Below are positions 45,760 through 54,624 of a DNA stretch of 64,000 bases, piece after piece. Each line of letters begins with the position of its first letter. Position 1 is the stretch's first letter. The stretch is taken from positions 4,043 through 68,042 of the forward strand of contig JAYRNN010000015.1 of NCBI GenBank assembly GCA_041912175.1. The letters are read 5' to 3'. The position numbers and the translations under genes are program-made. Source of the DNA: Anaerolineales bacterium (GTDB taxonomy: Bacteria > Chloroflexota > Anaerolineae > Anaerolineales > UBA4823). Under the pieces are notes generated by a model. The model saw nothing but the letters and a program-made list of their open reading frames with translations, did no database searches and was not told the origin of the DNA.

Positions 45760-48552
45760 TTATTGGGGTGGGTTCATCTGTCTGACAATCTCAGCCTGAT
45801 CTACCGGCAGATGGTCAACGCGCACCCCTACGGCGTTATAGATGGCGTTTGTAATGGCCGGGGTGGTCGGGATGCTTACAATTTCCCCGACGCCTTTTGC
45901 CCCGTAAGGCCCTTCGGCGACCGGATGCTCGACAATGATCGGCGTGATCTCTGGAGTCATCAGGATGGAGGGCATTCGATAGCGCGCCAGCCGGTCAGTG
46001 AACACTTTCCCCTCTTCGACGATGAAATCTTCGGTCAGCGCGTTGCCGATCCCCATCATAATTCCGCCTTCCACCTGTCCCTTAAGACCTAACGGATTGA
46101 TCGCCCGCCCGACATCGTTGGCAGCGATTACGCGTAGCACGCTCACCTCGCCCGTATGCGTGTTCACTTCTACTTCCGCGGCCTGAGCGGCAAAGGAAAA
46201 AGCAAAGTGCATGTCCCCGCCCTGACCGAGCGGCTGTGTGGCGGGCGCCCAATATTCATACAGTGCGCGTGGTTCTCGACCTTCAGCCCGCATCATGGCT
46301 ACCACATCTCCCAGGGGTACGGCCTGGCCGTTGACCTGCGCCAACCCCTCTACAAAGCGGATCTTTTCCGGCGGGTAATCGAATTTCTCGGCCAGGGTCG
46401 CGGCGACGGCCTGACGCAGGGTCTGAGCGGCGTGTCGGGCCGCGTTGCCTGTCACGAAGGTTTGGCGCGAAGCGGTGGTCGGGCCGCCATCAGGAGTCAG
46501 GTCGGTGTCCATGACCAAGACTTTGACACGCTCGGCGGGTACGTTGAATTCCTCAGCTACGGTCATGCGGAGTACAGTTACAAGTCCCTGGCCTAATTCG
46601 GCCGAAGAAGTGCGCACTTCGAGACCGCCATCGGAATACAATTCGACCTCCGCGCCAGCTTTATCCGGCGCGCCCCCGCCCAATCCGGTGTTCTTATACG
46701 CCACTGCAATCCCCCAGGCGCGGCGCAGGTGCGGGGCGCCCGGCGCGGGTTTGGACACAAAGGGGCTCTCTCCAGCCTGGCGGTACAGCTCTTCTGCCAC
46801 CCGCTCAATACACTCTGTCAAACCCACGCTTTCCCGCAGCAGTTGTCCGGTATTGGTGGTGCTGCCGACGTGTAGGGCATTCTTGAGGCGCAGTTCGACT
46901 GGGTCAATATCCAGCTTCTTAGCCAGCATATCCATCATACTTTCCACGGCAAAAGCAGACTGAGTGACGCCAAAACCGCGAAAAGCGCCGGCAGGCGGGT
47001 TGTTCGTGTACATGGCGTAGCAATCGGCGCGGGCGTGCTCCACATCATATGGGCCTGACGAATGGGTAGTGGCGCGCGTCAACACCTTTTCGCCAAGTGA
47101 GGCATAGGCGCCCGTGTCTCCGTACAGCTCGGACTCCACCGCACTCAGGCGTCCATCGCGCATTGCGCCAAGCTTGACCCGGATCTGGGTGGCATGGCGT
47201 TTGGGGTGTACCAGCAGGCTTTCATGACGATCGAAAAGCAATTTGACTGGCCTTCCGGTGGCGACCGCCAATAAGGCCACATGAATCTGGCCCATGATAT
47301 CTTCTTTGCCGCCAAAACCGCCGCCCATGAGCTGCCCGATCACACGCACGCGCTCCTCCGGCCAGCCGAGCACGCGCGCTGTCTGGCTGCGGTCTGAATA
47401 TGGAATCTGTGAGCCAACGTATATTTCGAGCCGGCCATCTGCCGTCATACGGGCGATACTGCACTCCGGTTCCAGGAAAGCGTGGTCGGTGATCTGGGTG
47501 TGAAAAGTATGTTCCAGAATCACATCCGCTTTGGCAAAGCCCTGGGCCATGTCGCCTTTTCGTACCTTGATGTGCTTGAGTAAATTTCCGTTGGGATGTA
47601 GCGCCGGAGCGTCCGGTCGACGCGATTGGACCGGGTCGCTGATTACAGGCTGCGGTTCGTATGTCACTTCGATCAATTCTAGCGCCTGAGAAGCGATCTC
47701 ACGCGTCTCGGCTGCTACAATCGCTACCGAATCGCCGACATAACGTACTCGCTCCCCAACGCCTACCATCGCCGGCCAGTCGTAAATGACCAGACCATGG
47801 TTGTGCTCGCCGGGGATGTCAGCCGCGGTCAGCACAGCCGCAACGCCGGGCAATTGGCGGGCTTTGCTTACGTCGATCTGCTTGACGATTGCATGCGGTT
47901 GCATGGCGCGCTTGGCGCGCGCATGAAGCATGCCCTCGAAATGCAGGTCGTCTGTATAGAGCGCCTTGCCGGTGACTTTTTCGACTGCATCAGGGCGCGC
48001 TTGTACGGTTCCAATCACTTGAAGTGGGGCAGTAGTGGCAGGCAAGGTCGGAGGAAGAATCTGTTCGCCTGTATTCAGGCTGTGGGCAGCGGCCTGTATG
48101 GCAGAGATGATGGTTGGATAACCAGCGCAGCGGCACAGGGTATCCTTCAGCGCCTGGCGGATTTGGGCCTCGCTGGGGTCTGGCTCGCGCTGCAACAGGG
48201 CAAAAGCAGTCATCAACTGCCCTGGAATACAGAAACCACACTGTACGGCGCCATACTGGATGAATGCCTCCTGCAGGGCATGTAATCGCCCATTTCCGGC
48301 TTTGGATTGGCCCTTTGCCTGGGCTGCCAGCCCTTCGATGGTCAGAATCTGCTTCCCGTTCGCCCTTGCCGCGGGATAATTGCATGACAAAACCGGCTCG
48401 CCATCCACCAGCACGGTACAGGCGCCGCATTCCATCTCATTGCAGCCGATCTTGGCGCCGGTCAGTCCAAGGCGTTCGCGCAGCAGATCTGAGAGCATCT
48501 CGCCCGGCTGCGGTTCGATTTCGATCGTTTTACCATTAATCACGAGTTCCAT
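45760..48552 (-). CDS. Xanthine-dehydrogenase-family fusion: two-[2Fe-2S] module plus molybdopterin-binding catalytic module
   Basis: 930 aa from MELVINGK (ATG 48552; the track's 90-codon extension overlaps the upstream gene). The FeS module carries GCNEMECGACTVLVDG, CGFCIPGQLMT and LCRCAGYPTII. The Mo domains carry LMGGGFGGKED and GVGEIVSIPTTPAITNAI. Confidence 0.88.
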   Translation of the reverse strand: MELVINGKTIEIEPQPGEMLSDLLRERLGLTGAKIGCNEMECGACTVLVDGEPVLSCNYPAARANGKQILTIEGLAAQAKGQSKAGNGRLHALQEAFIQYGAVQCGFCIPGQLMTAFALLQREPDPSEAQIRQALKDTLCRCAGYPTIISAIQAAAHSLNTGEQILPPTLPATTAPLQVIGTVQARPDAVEKVTGKALYTDDLHFEGMLHARAKRAMQPHAIVKQIDVSKARQLPGVAAVLTAADIPGEHNHGLVIYDWPAMVGVGERVRYVGDSVAIVAAETREIASQALELIEVTYEPQPVISDPVQSRRPDAPALHPNGNLLKHIKVRKGDMAQGFAKADVILEHTFHTQITDHAFLEPECSIARMTADGRLEIYVGSQIPYSDRSQTARVLGWPEERVRVIGQLMGGGFGGKEDIMGQIHVALLAVATGRPVKLLFDRHESLLVHPKRHATQIRVKLGAMRDGRLSAVESELYGDTGAYASLGEKVLTRATTHSSGPYDVEHARADCYAMYTNNPPAGAFRGFGVTQSAFAVESMMDMLAKKLDIDPVELRLKNALHVGSTTNTGQLLRESVGLTECIERVAEELYRQAGESPFVSKPAPGAPHLRRAWGIAVAYKNTGLGGGAPDKAGAEVELYSDGGLEVRTSSAELGQGLVTVLRMTVAEEFNVPAERVKVLVMDTDLTPDGGPTTASRQTFVTGNAARHAAQTLRQAVAATLAEKFDYPPEKIRFVEGLAQVNGQAVPLGDVVAMMRAEGREPRALYEYWAPATQPLGQGGDMHFAFSFAAQAAEVEVNTHTGEVSVLRVIAANDVGRAINPLGLKGQVEGGIMMGIGNALTEDFIVEEGKVFTDRLARYRMPSILMTPEITPIIVEHPVAEGPYGAKGVGEIVSIPTTPAITNAIYNAVGVRVDHLPVDQAEIVRQMNPPQ

Positions 48553-48622
48553 ACAACCCATCCCATTTTTTATTGAAGCATATTGGAAGCGTTGCATCCA
48601 ATCTGCTTCAATAAATATCTTC

Positions 48623-49501
48623 TCAAAACATCTCGGAGCGCTCCCAGGCAGTGGCGAGCGTTTCCTCAAGCAAGACGCCGGCCATATGGCGGCGATATTC
48701 AGCCGTGGCGCGATGTGGGCTGGTGCGGAAATGCGCCTCTGCCAGCAAGGCCTCGCGTGCATCCGCCAGGCATGCGGCGTTTGGCGATCTCCCAGCCAGG
48801 ATCTGTTCGGTCTTCCGCGCACGGAAGGGAACCGGCCCGGCCGGACCGACCGTCAGGCGAGCTTGCTTGATCCGTCCTCCGTCCCTTTCCACCCAGGCAG
48901 CCATATTGAGGATGGCAATCGCAACACCTTGCGGGCGCATCACCCGCCGAAAAGCAGAGGCTTGCCCAGGTTGGCGGAGCGCCAGGGAAAAGCCCACCAA
49001 TAACTCCTGGCGTGGGATTAACGTTGAGCGGCCCGGGCCTGAGAACAAGCTCTCGACCGGTGCAAAACGGCAACCATCCAGGCTGGCAATTTCAGCCAGG
49101 GCGTCCATTGCCAGCAGCGAAATGGCGCCATCCGCAGCCGGCAAGGCGTGCCCGACGTTTCCCCCCAGGGTGGCCGTGTTGCGTACTTGCGGCCCGCCAA
49201 TCAGGCTGCAAGCTTCATAGACTGCCTGGATATGCTGTTGAACCAAAGGCTCTGTTATGATCCGGTTAAGCGGCACAGCCGCCCCAATATAAAGGCGGTC
49301 CTGGCGGATTTCGATGGCGCTCATTTCAGGAATGGTAGTGACGTCGACCAGCATGTCGACAGGCGCGTGGCGACCTTGCTGTAAATCGAGCAGCAAGTCC
49401 GTTCCGCCGCCAACCAGGCTGACTTCCCCTGGCGTCGCAGCCAGGGTTTCTAAAGCATCTTGGAGATTACGAGCGAGGTGATAGTTCTTCCAGAGGGTCA
49501 T
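48623..49501 (-). CDS. Molybdopterin-dehydrogenase FAD-binding subunit (CoxM/XdhB-like)
   Basis: 292 aa from MTLWKNYH (ATG 49501). It has SLVGGGTDLLLDLQQG and the C-terminal TAEYRRHMAGVLLEETL. Confidence 0.85.
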   Translation of the reverse strand: MTLWKNYHLARNLQDALETLAATPGEVSLVGGGTDLLLDLQQGRHAPVDMLVDVTTIPEMSAIEIRQDRLYIGAAVPLNRIITEPLVQQHIQAVYEACSLIGGPQVRNTATLGGNVGHALPAADGAISLLAMDALAEIASLDGCRFAPVESLFSGPGRSTLIPRQELLVGFSLALRQPGQASAFRRVMRPQGVAIAILNMAAWVERDGGRIKQARLTVGPAGPVPFRARKTEQILAGRSPNAACLADAREALLAEAHFRTSPHRATAEYRRHMAGVLLEETLATAWERSEMF

Positions 49502-49753
49502 GGATCGGCGGACCTCAAACGAACAGAAATTTGACTGGCGGCGCTTTTCGACGGGCGTCTTTACCTGGCCCGACGCCGGTGCAGGCACGACCTGCACCGA
49601 CCACCGATCCGAATACCCAATATTTTAACACGGAATAGCGTGATAGAGCCGAAAAATAACGTATAATCGCTGCAACCCAGGGAAGGCGCTGTACCAGCAA
49701 GCGCCATTCACATTGACGAGCCAATTACAGCCAGATAAGGCAAATAAGGAAAT

Positions 49754-51136
49754 ATGATGACCACAACTCTCGATAAGACCCTCGCCTTTGCCTACGAAAA
49801 TCGCCAACGCTTTCTCGACGAATTGATCGAATTTGTTAGCATTCCTTCCATATCGACTGACCCAGATTCTAAACCAGCCATGCAGCGCGCAGCCGAGTGG
49901 GTCGCCGGTCAATTGGATCGGTTAGGTTTTACACAGATCCAGATTTTCCCAACTGCTGGCCATCCGGTGGTATATGGCGAGAAATTCGAAGCCGGCCCAG
50001 GAAAACCTACCGTCCTGGTCTACGGCCATTATGACGTCCAGCCGGCCGAGCCGCTTGATCTGTGGATCAGCCCGCCTTTTGAGCCCACTCAACGCGGCGA
50101 GAACTTGTATGGGCGCGGCGCCTCTGATATGAAGAGCCAGGTCATGGTCAGCCTTAAAGCCGCCGAAGCCTGGACGAAGAACGGCGCTCTGCCGGTTAAT
50201 TTGAAGTTCATTATCGAAGGCGAGGAAGAAATCGGTTCGCCCAACCTGGCTAAATTCATCGCCGGGCATAAGGCTCTGTTGGCGTGCGATTACGCGGTTA
50301 ATCCTGACACCGGCATGATCAGCGCGGACGTACCTACCATCACTTATGGCTTGCGTGGACTGGCATATTTTGAGATCCGTTTGAACGGCCCCAGCCATGA
50401 CCTGCATTCAGGGATGTACGGTGGAGCAGTCCACAACCCGGCCCAAGTGTTGTGCGAGCTGATCGCCGGCATGCACGACGCCCAGGGTCGCGTCGCCTTA
50501 CCTGGTTTTTATGACTCGGTGCGGCCACTCGAAGCAGAAGAACGCGCTGAATTGGATCGCTTGCCCATGGGGAAAGATTTCTATCTACAACAAACCGGCG
50601 CGCCGGCTTTGTACGGCGAGGCAGGTTATACGCCGGTCGAACGCGTCGGTGGGCGTCCGACCCTGGAGGTTAACGGTTTGCTCTCCGGATTCACAGGAGA
50701 AGGCTCAAAAACTGTGCTGCCGGCCCAGGCTATGGCTAAGATTTCCATGCGTCTGGTACCCGACCAGGATCCACAGCAGGTTTACCAGCAGCTTTGCCAA
50801 TATCTGAGTGTGCGTGCCCCAGAAACGGTGCGCTGGGAAGTGATCCCATTAGCAGGCAGCCCCGCTTCGATCACCGATCGAAACCTGCCGGCAGTAACTG
50901 CGCTTAGCCAGGCTTTACAAGATACCTGGGGCGAGCGCCCGCTGTTCAAACGCGAGGGCGGAAGCGTACCGGTAGTGGGACAAATGCAAGACATTCTGGG
51001 TGTAGAATCAGTTCTGACCGGGTTTGGTCTGCCCGACGATAACTTGCACGCTCCTAACGAGAAGGTGCATTTGCCCACGTACTATCGCGGCATTGAAGCC
51101 TTCATCCGCTTTTATCATTATCTCGGGAACCTTTAG
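49754..51136 (+). CDS. M20-family dipeptidase/peptidase
   Basis: 460 aa: FVSIPSISTDP...VLVYGHYDVQPA...GRGASDMKSQ...FIIEGEEEIGSP...GLPDDNLHAPNE. Confidence 0.85.
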   Translation: MMTTTLDKTLAFAYENRQRFLDELIEFVSIPSISTDPDSKPAMQRAAEWVAGQLDRLGFTQIQIFPTAGHPVVYGEKFEAGPGKPTVLVYGHYDVQPAEPLDLWISPPFEPTQRGENLYGRGASDMKSQVMVSLKAAEAWTKNGALPVNLKFIIEGEEEIGSPNLAKFIAGHKALLACDYAVNPDTGMISADVPTITYGLRGLAYFEIRLNGPSHDLHSGMYGGAVHNPAQVLCELIAGMHDAQGRVALPGFYDSVRPLEAEERAELDRLPMGKDFYLQQTGAPALYGEAGYTPVERVGGRPTLEVNGLLSGFTGEGSKTVLPAQAMAKISMRLVPDQDPQQVYQQLCQYLSVRAPETVRWEVIPLAGSPASITDRNLPAVTALSQALQDTWGERPLFKREGGSVPVVGQMQDILGVESVLTGFGLPDDNLHAPNEKVHLPTYYRGIEAFIRFYHYLGNL

Positions 51137-51140
51137 ACGC

Positions 51141-51183
51141 TAATCTAATCTGCATCTCCCGACCGGAAATGCAGATTAGATTA
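51141..51183 (+). terminator. Hairpin after the M20 gene
   Basis: TAATCTAATCTGCAT-N13-ATGCAGATTAGATTA forms a 15-bp perfect stem. No clear U-tract follows. Confidence 0.45.
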
Positions 51184-51238
51184 AGATCTGTTTATCCCAG
51201 GGTTGACGCAGGTACTACTCGCCTTTACAATCCTTGAT

Positions 51239-52120
51239 ATGAGCGAAAGATTACCCTCCTACGGCGGGCAGGCGGTTATCGAAGGCGTGATGATGCGCGG
51301 CTCACAAAACGTGGCGATTGCCATGCGCGCTCCCGATAACGCGATTGTGGTTCACTCAGAACCTTTGAACAGCCTGTATAAGAGTAAATACGCCAAGACG
51401 CCTTTTTTGCGTGGCCTGGTGATGCTATGGGATGCGCTTGGCCTGGGAATGCGCGCCCTGACGCTTTCGGCCAATACCCAGACAGGCGAAGATGACAAGT
51501 TAGAAGGCCCACAGCTTTATCTGACCCTGGGCGTCTCCCTTTTGCTCGGGGTTGGCTTGTTTTTCCTGCTGCCTGCCTTCATAGGACAACTCAGCGAGCG
51601 CTGGTTGGGATTGAATGCGTGGTGGGGCAATCTGTTGGAAGGGGTGATTCGGCTGGCCTTATTGGTCTTGTACATCTGGGCAGTTGGGCGCTTGCCGGAT
51701 ATCCGGCGCGTGTTCGCCTATCACGGTGCAGAGCATAAGACCATCAATGCCTTTGAAGCCGGTTCTGAGCTTACTCCTGAAAAAGTCTCTCAGTACTCGC
51801 TTGAGCATCCACGCTGTGGTACAGCATTCCTGTTGACCCTGGTGCTCTTCTCCGTCCTGGTTTTTAGCCTGCTAGGACCATTGCCGATGGGTTTACGCCT
51901 GGTCAGCCGGATTATTATGCTGCCCGTGCTGGCAATGCTGTCCTATGAATACATTCGCTGGACTGCCAATCACTTGAACTCACCATTTGTCCGTTGGATG
52001 ATCAGACCCAATATGGCGCTGCAACATTTGACCACCCGCGAGCCCAGCCTGGAAATGTTAGAAGTATCGATCGCAGCTTTCAACGCCATGGTCGTTCAGG
52101 AGCGCCAGATCAATTTCTAG
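51239..52120 (+). CDS. DUF1385-family membrane protein
   Basis: The start was moved to MSERLPSYGGQAVIEGVMMRG (family signature). It also has YHGAEHKTINAFE and EHPRCGT. Confidence 0.8.
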   Translation: MSERLPSYGGQAVIEGVMMRGSQNVAIAMRAPDNAIVVHSEPLNSLYKSKYAKTPFLRGLVMLWDALGLGMRALTLSANTQTGEDDKLEGPQLYLTLGVSLLLGVGLFFLLPAFIGQLSERWLGLNAWWGNLLEGVIRLALLVLYIWAVGRLPDIRRVFAYHGAEHKTINAFEAGSELTPEKVSQYSLEHPRCGTAFLLTLVLFSVLVFSLLGPLPMGLRLVSRIIMLPVLAMLSYEYIRWTANHLNSPFVRWMIRPNMALQHLTTREPSLEMLEVSIAAFNAMVVQERQINF

Positions 52121-52165
52121 GCGGGGTAATGCCCATCACGGCGCCATGCTCGGCCTGCGATACTC

Positions 52166-53602
52166 ATGCGCCCCTCACCGTCTAACCACCTTACTCTGCA
52201 CCTGCAAGCATTTGCGTTTCTGGTCTGCCTTGGACTGATCCTTACGGCCTGTGTCGGTTGGCCAGGCCTCCCAACCCAACCCTCTACCTTGGTCCCATCT
52301 GAAACGAGTATACCTTTGCCGGACCTGGTGGTTGTTTCTGCGCAAATCGAGTCATCAGCAGAGCGCATCTGCGACGATCCGGCTGCGGGATTATTCTTGC
52401 ACGTCATAGTCAAAAACCAGGGCAGCGCGCCGGCAGGCGCGTTTGCGATTGACATCAATGGAAACCGGCAATCTGTAACTGGCGGGCTCGCCCAGGGCCA
52501 GGAATATGAGTTCAAAATCGATAGCGTGTCGAGTAACGTTCGTCTCTTGCTCGATCCGGCCGGGCAAATACAGGAGAGCGACAAGACCAACAACGATTAT
52601 TCTGCTCAAATTACTTTCCCCACTCTGCCGGCGGAATGCCAGCCTACCCCCACGCCGCAAGCGGTCACCGAAAGCCCACAATTCACCTTGCAAGGGCATA
52701 CCGCGGCAGTTTTAGGCGTGGCTTTTTCTCCGGATGGCAACCTGCTGGCCTCTGGATCAGTGGATAATACACTGCGCCTGTGGCGAGTTAAGGAAGGCAG
52801 CCTGCTGCGCACCATGCAAGGCCATCCATTTCCCGTATCGGTAGTGGAATTCTCCCCAAATGGCGCGGTGCTGGCCACCGGTTCCCCCGATGGGATTATC
52901 CGTACCTGGTCGGTCTCGAATGGATTATTGGGTAAAACCTTGCAGGCCCATGCCGGCCGAATTTTGGATCTGGAATATTCGCCAGATGGAAAATTGCTGG
53001 CTTCTAGCGCCGATGATTTCACGGTGCGCATTTGGAATGCAACGGATGGCCGGTTATTGAAGACAGTGGATGAAGGCATGACGCTCGTTAACAGCCTGAC
53101 CTTTTCTCCAGATGGTAAGACGCTCGTCTGGGCTGAGCAGGATGGTAGCTTGCGCGTATGGCGTATCGCCGATGGGGCCTGGCTCAACCACCTGCATGGC
53201 CTGCCTCAGCCAGCCTCCAGTATTGCGCTATCATCAGACGGTAAGTTGCTCGTATCGGGCTACCAGGATGGGCGCATTCAATTCTGGTCTTTTCCGGATG
53301 GGACTTTGCTGAATACCCTAACCGCCCAGCAGGGTGCTATCACCGGGCTGGCATTTTCGCCGGACGGCGCCTGGTTGGCTGTAAGCTCACGTGATCCCAA
53401 CTTGCGCCTATGGCAGCTTAACTGGACTGAAAAAGGCAGCCCGGCGGGCGTCTCTACACTAGAATTGAAACCCTCCCTGGCGCGCGAGTTCATCGGGCAC
53501 ACTGGAAACATTAATAGCCTGGCCTTCTCACCCAAAGGGACCTTGCTGGCATCAGGATCCGACGATGCCACCCTGCGCATATGGGCGATACCTGAAAAAT
53601 AG
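52166..53602 (+). CDS. Lipoprotein with a CARDB-like domain followed by a seven-bladed WD40 propeller
   Basis: Lipobox LGLILTAC. The CARDB-like segment is PDLVVVSAQIE...VKNQGSAPAGAFAIDING. Seven units of the form H...V..VAFSPDG..LASGS.D.T.R.W follow. Confidence 0.85.
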   Translation: MRPSPSNHLTLHLQAFAFLVCLGLILTACVGWPGLPTQPSTLVPSETSIPLPDLVVVSAQIESSAERICDDPAAGLFLHVIVKNQGSAPAGAFAIDINGNRQSVTGGLAQGQEYEFKIDSVSSNVRLLLDPAGQIQESDKTNNDYSAQITFPTLPAECQPTPTPQAVTESPQFTLQGHTAAVLGVAFSPDGNLLASGSVDNTLRLWRVKEGSLLRTMQGHPFPVSVVEFSPNGAVLATGSPDGIIRTWSVSNGLLGKTLQAHAGRILDLEYSPDGKLLASSADDFTVRIWNATDGRLLKTVDEGMTLVNSLTFSPDGKTLVWAEQDGSLRVWRIADGAWLNHLHGLPQPASSIALSSDGKLLVSGYQDGRIQFWSFPDGTLLNTLTAQQGAITGLAFSPDGAWLAVSSRDPNLRLWQLNWTEKGSPAGVSTLELKPSLAREFIGHTGNINSLAFSPKGTLLASGSDDATLRIWAIPEK

Positions 53603-53653
53603 TCTCAACCTGTTAAAGCCGTCTAAAAATAGCTGGTTTCCTAGAACTTAAAT

Positions 53654-54583
53654 ATGGTCAAGAATAAACGAACAATCTACCTCATCATACTGGGCCTTTC
53701 CCTGGTGTGTCTGGCGTTAATCCCGGGCGGTCTGTGGTTATGGAATAACCTGCGCCCGCTGCCTATCGAAAAGGATCACCTGATCTTTCAGGGCGTCCAA
53801 TATCAGCGCCAGGTCCGGTTTAGCCCACGGCCGATGGTTGTGCATATTGTGACTGTTGACCTGCGCCAGCGTGGGTTGTCGTTACTGGTTACCCCAGGCG
53901 ATCCCAAGGCAGAGCAGCCGCTGACGGCGCGCACCACCTCGCGTTTCCAGCAAGAGTTCGATGTGCAAATCGCGGTTAACGGAGATGGTTTCACACCCTG
54001 GCGCTCGAACAGCTTGCTTGACTATTATCCGAAAGCTGGCGACCCGGTCACACCCCTGGGCCTTGCTGCCGCCAAAGGGGTAGTCTACTCCGCCAACCCC
54101 CACAACCAGCCGGTTTTATACCTCTCGCGCAACAATCAGGCGCGCTTCAACTCGCAGCCCGGGCGCATTTACAATGCCATATCCGGCAATACCATGTTGG
54201 TGGAACAGGGAAGGCCGGCCCAGTTAGGTCAAAGCAATCCCGGAAACGATTCGGCTGACACGTTGGCTGAGAAAAATCAACCCCGTACGGCCATAGGCCT
54301 GGATAAACGAAACCGGAAATTGATCCTCGTTGTGGTGGACGGCCGGCAGCCTGGTTATAGCCAGGGCGCCACCTTGAGCGAGCTGGCGCAAATCATGATC
54401 GAGGCTGGTGCACATACTGCGATGAACCTGGATGGAGGTGGTTCATCCACTCTGGTCATGCAAGGCAAAGATGGTCAGCCAGCGGTCTTGAATTCACCGA
54501 TTGACAACCACATCCCGGGCCGTGAGCGGAATGTCGCCAACCATCTGGGTATCTTTGCTCCGGCTATCAATGTTGAGGACTAA
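53654..54583 (+). CDS. Phosphodiester glycosidase (NAGPA/DUF2233) family protein, membrane-anchored
   Basis: An N-terminal TM segment is followed by QPRTAIGLDKRNRKLILVVVDGRQPGYSQGATLSELAQIM...AMNLDGGGSSTLV. Confidence 0.8.
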   Translation: MVKNKRTIYLIILGLSLVCLALIPGGLWLWNNLRPLPIEKDHLIFQGVQYQRQVRFSPRPMVVHIVTVDLRQRGLSLLVTPGDPKAEQPLTARTTSRFQQEFDVQIAVNGDGFTPWRSNSLLDYYPKAGDPVTPLGLAAAKGVVYSANPHNQPVLYLSRNNQARFNSQPGRIYNAISGNTMLVEQGRPAQLGQSNPGNDSADTLAEKNQPRTAIGLDKRNRKLILVVVDGRQPGYSQGATLSELAQIMIEAGAHTAMNLDGGGSSTLVMQGKDGQPAVLNSPIDNHIPGRERNVANHLGIFAPAINVED

Positions 54584-54616
54584 AAAATGTGGCCGGCGAA
54601 ACCGGCCACATTTTTT
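54582..54616. terminator. Bidirectional rho-independent terminator
   Basis: AAAAAATGTGGCCGG-CGAAA-CCGGCCACATTTTTT, between convergent stops at 54583 and 54625. Confidence 0.8.
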
Positions 54617-54624
54617 AGGAATGC

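Noticed and set aside
48553-48822. 90-codon N-terminal extension of the FeS::Mo ORF. Similar extensions occur at 49502-49597, 31505-31546, 10387-10449, 23139-23174 and 51203-51238.
   Set aside because: The extensions overlap upstream genes or terminator hairpins and are Arg/Pro-rich. They precede internal ATGs that have SD sequences and canonical family N-termini (MELVINGK, MTLWKNYH, MNHKLW, MERTV, MCGIVG, MSERLPSYGG).
8689-49501. Selenocysteine-containing (UGA-recoded) genes among the hydroxylase-associated ORFs, prompted by selC in the window.
   Set aside because: I found no pair of adjacent same-frame ORFs separated by a single TGA. No truncated family member lacks a C-terminal part in a way that read-through would restore.
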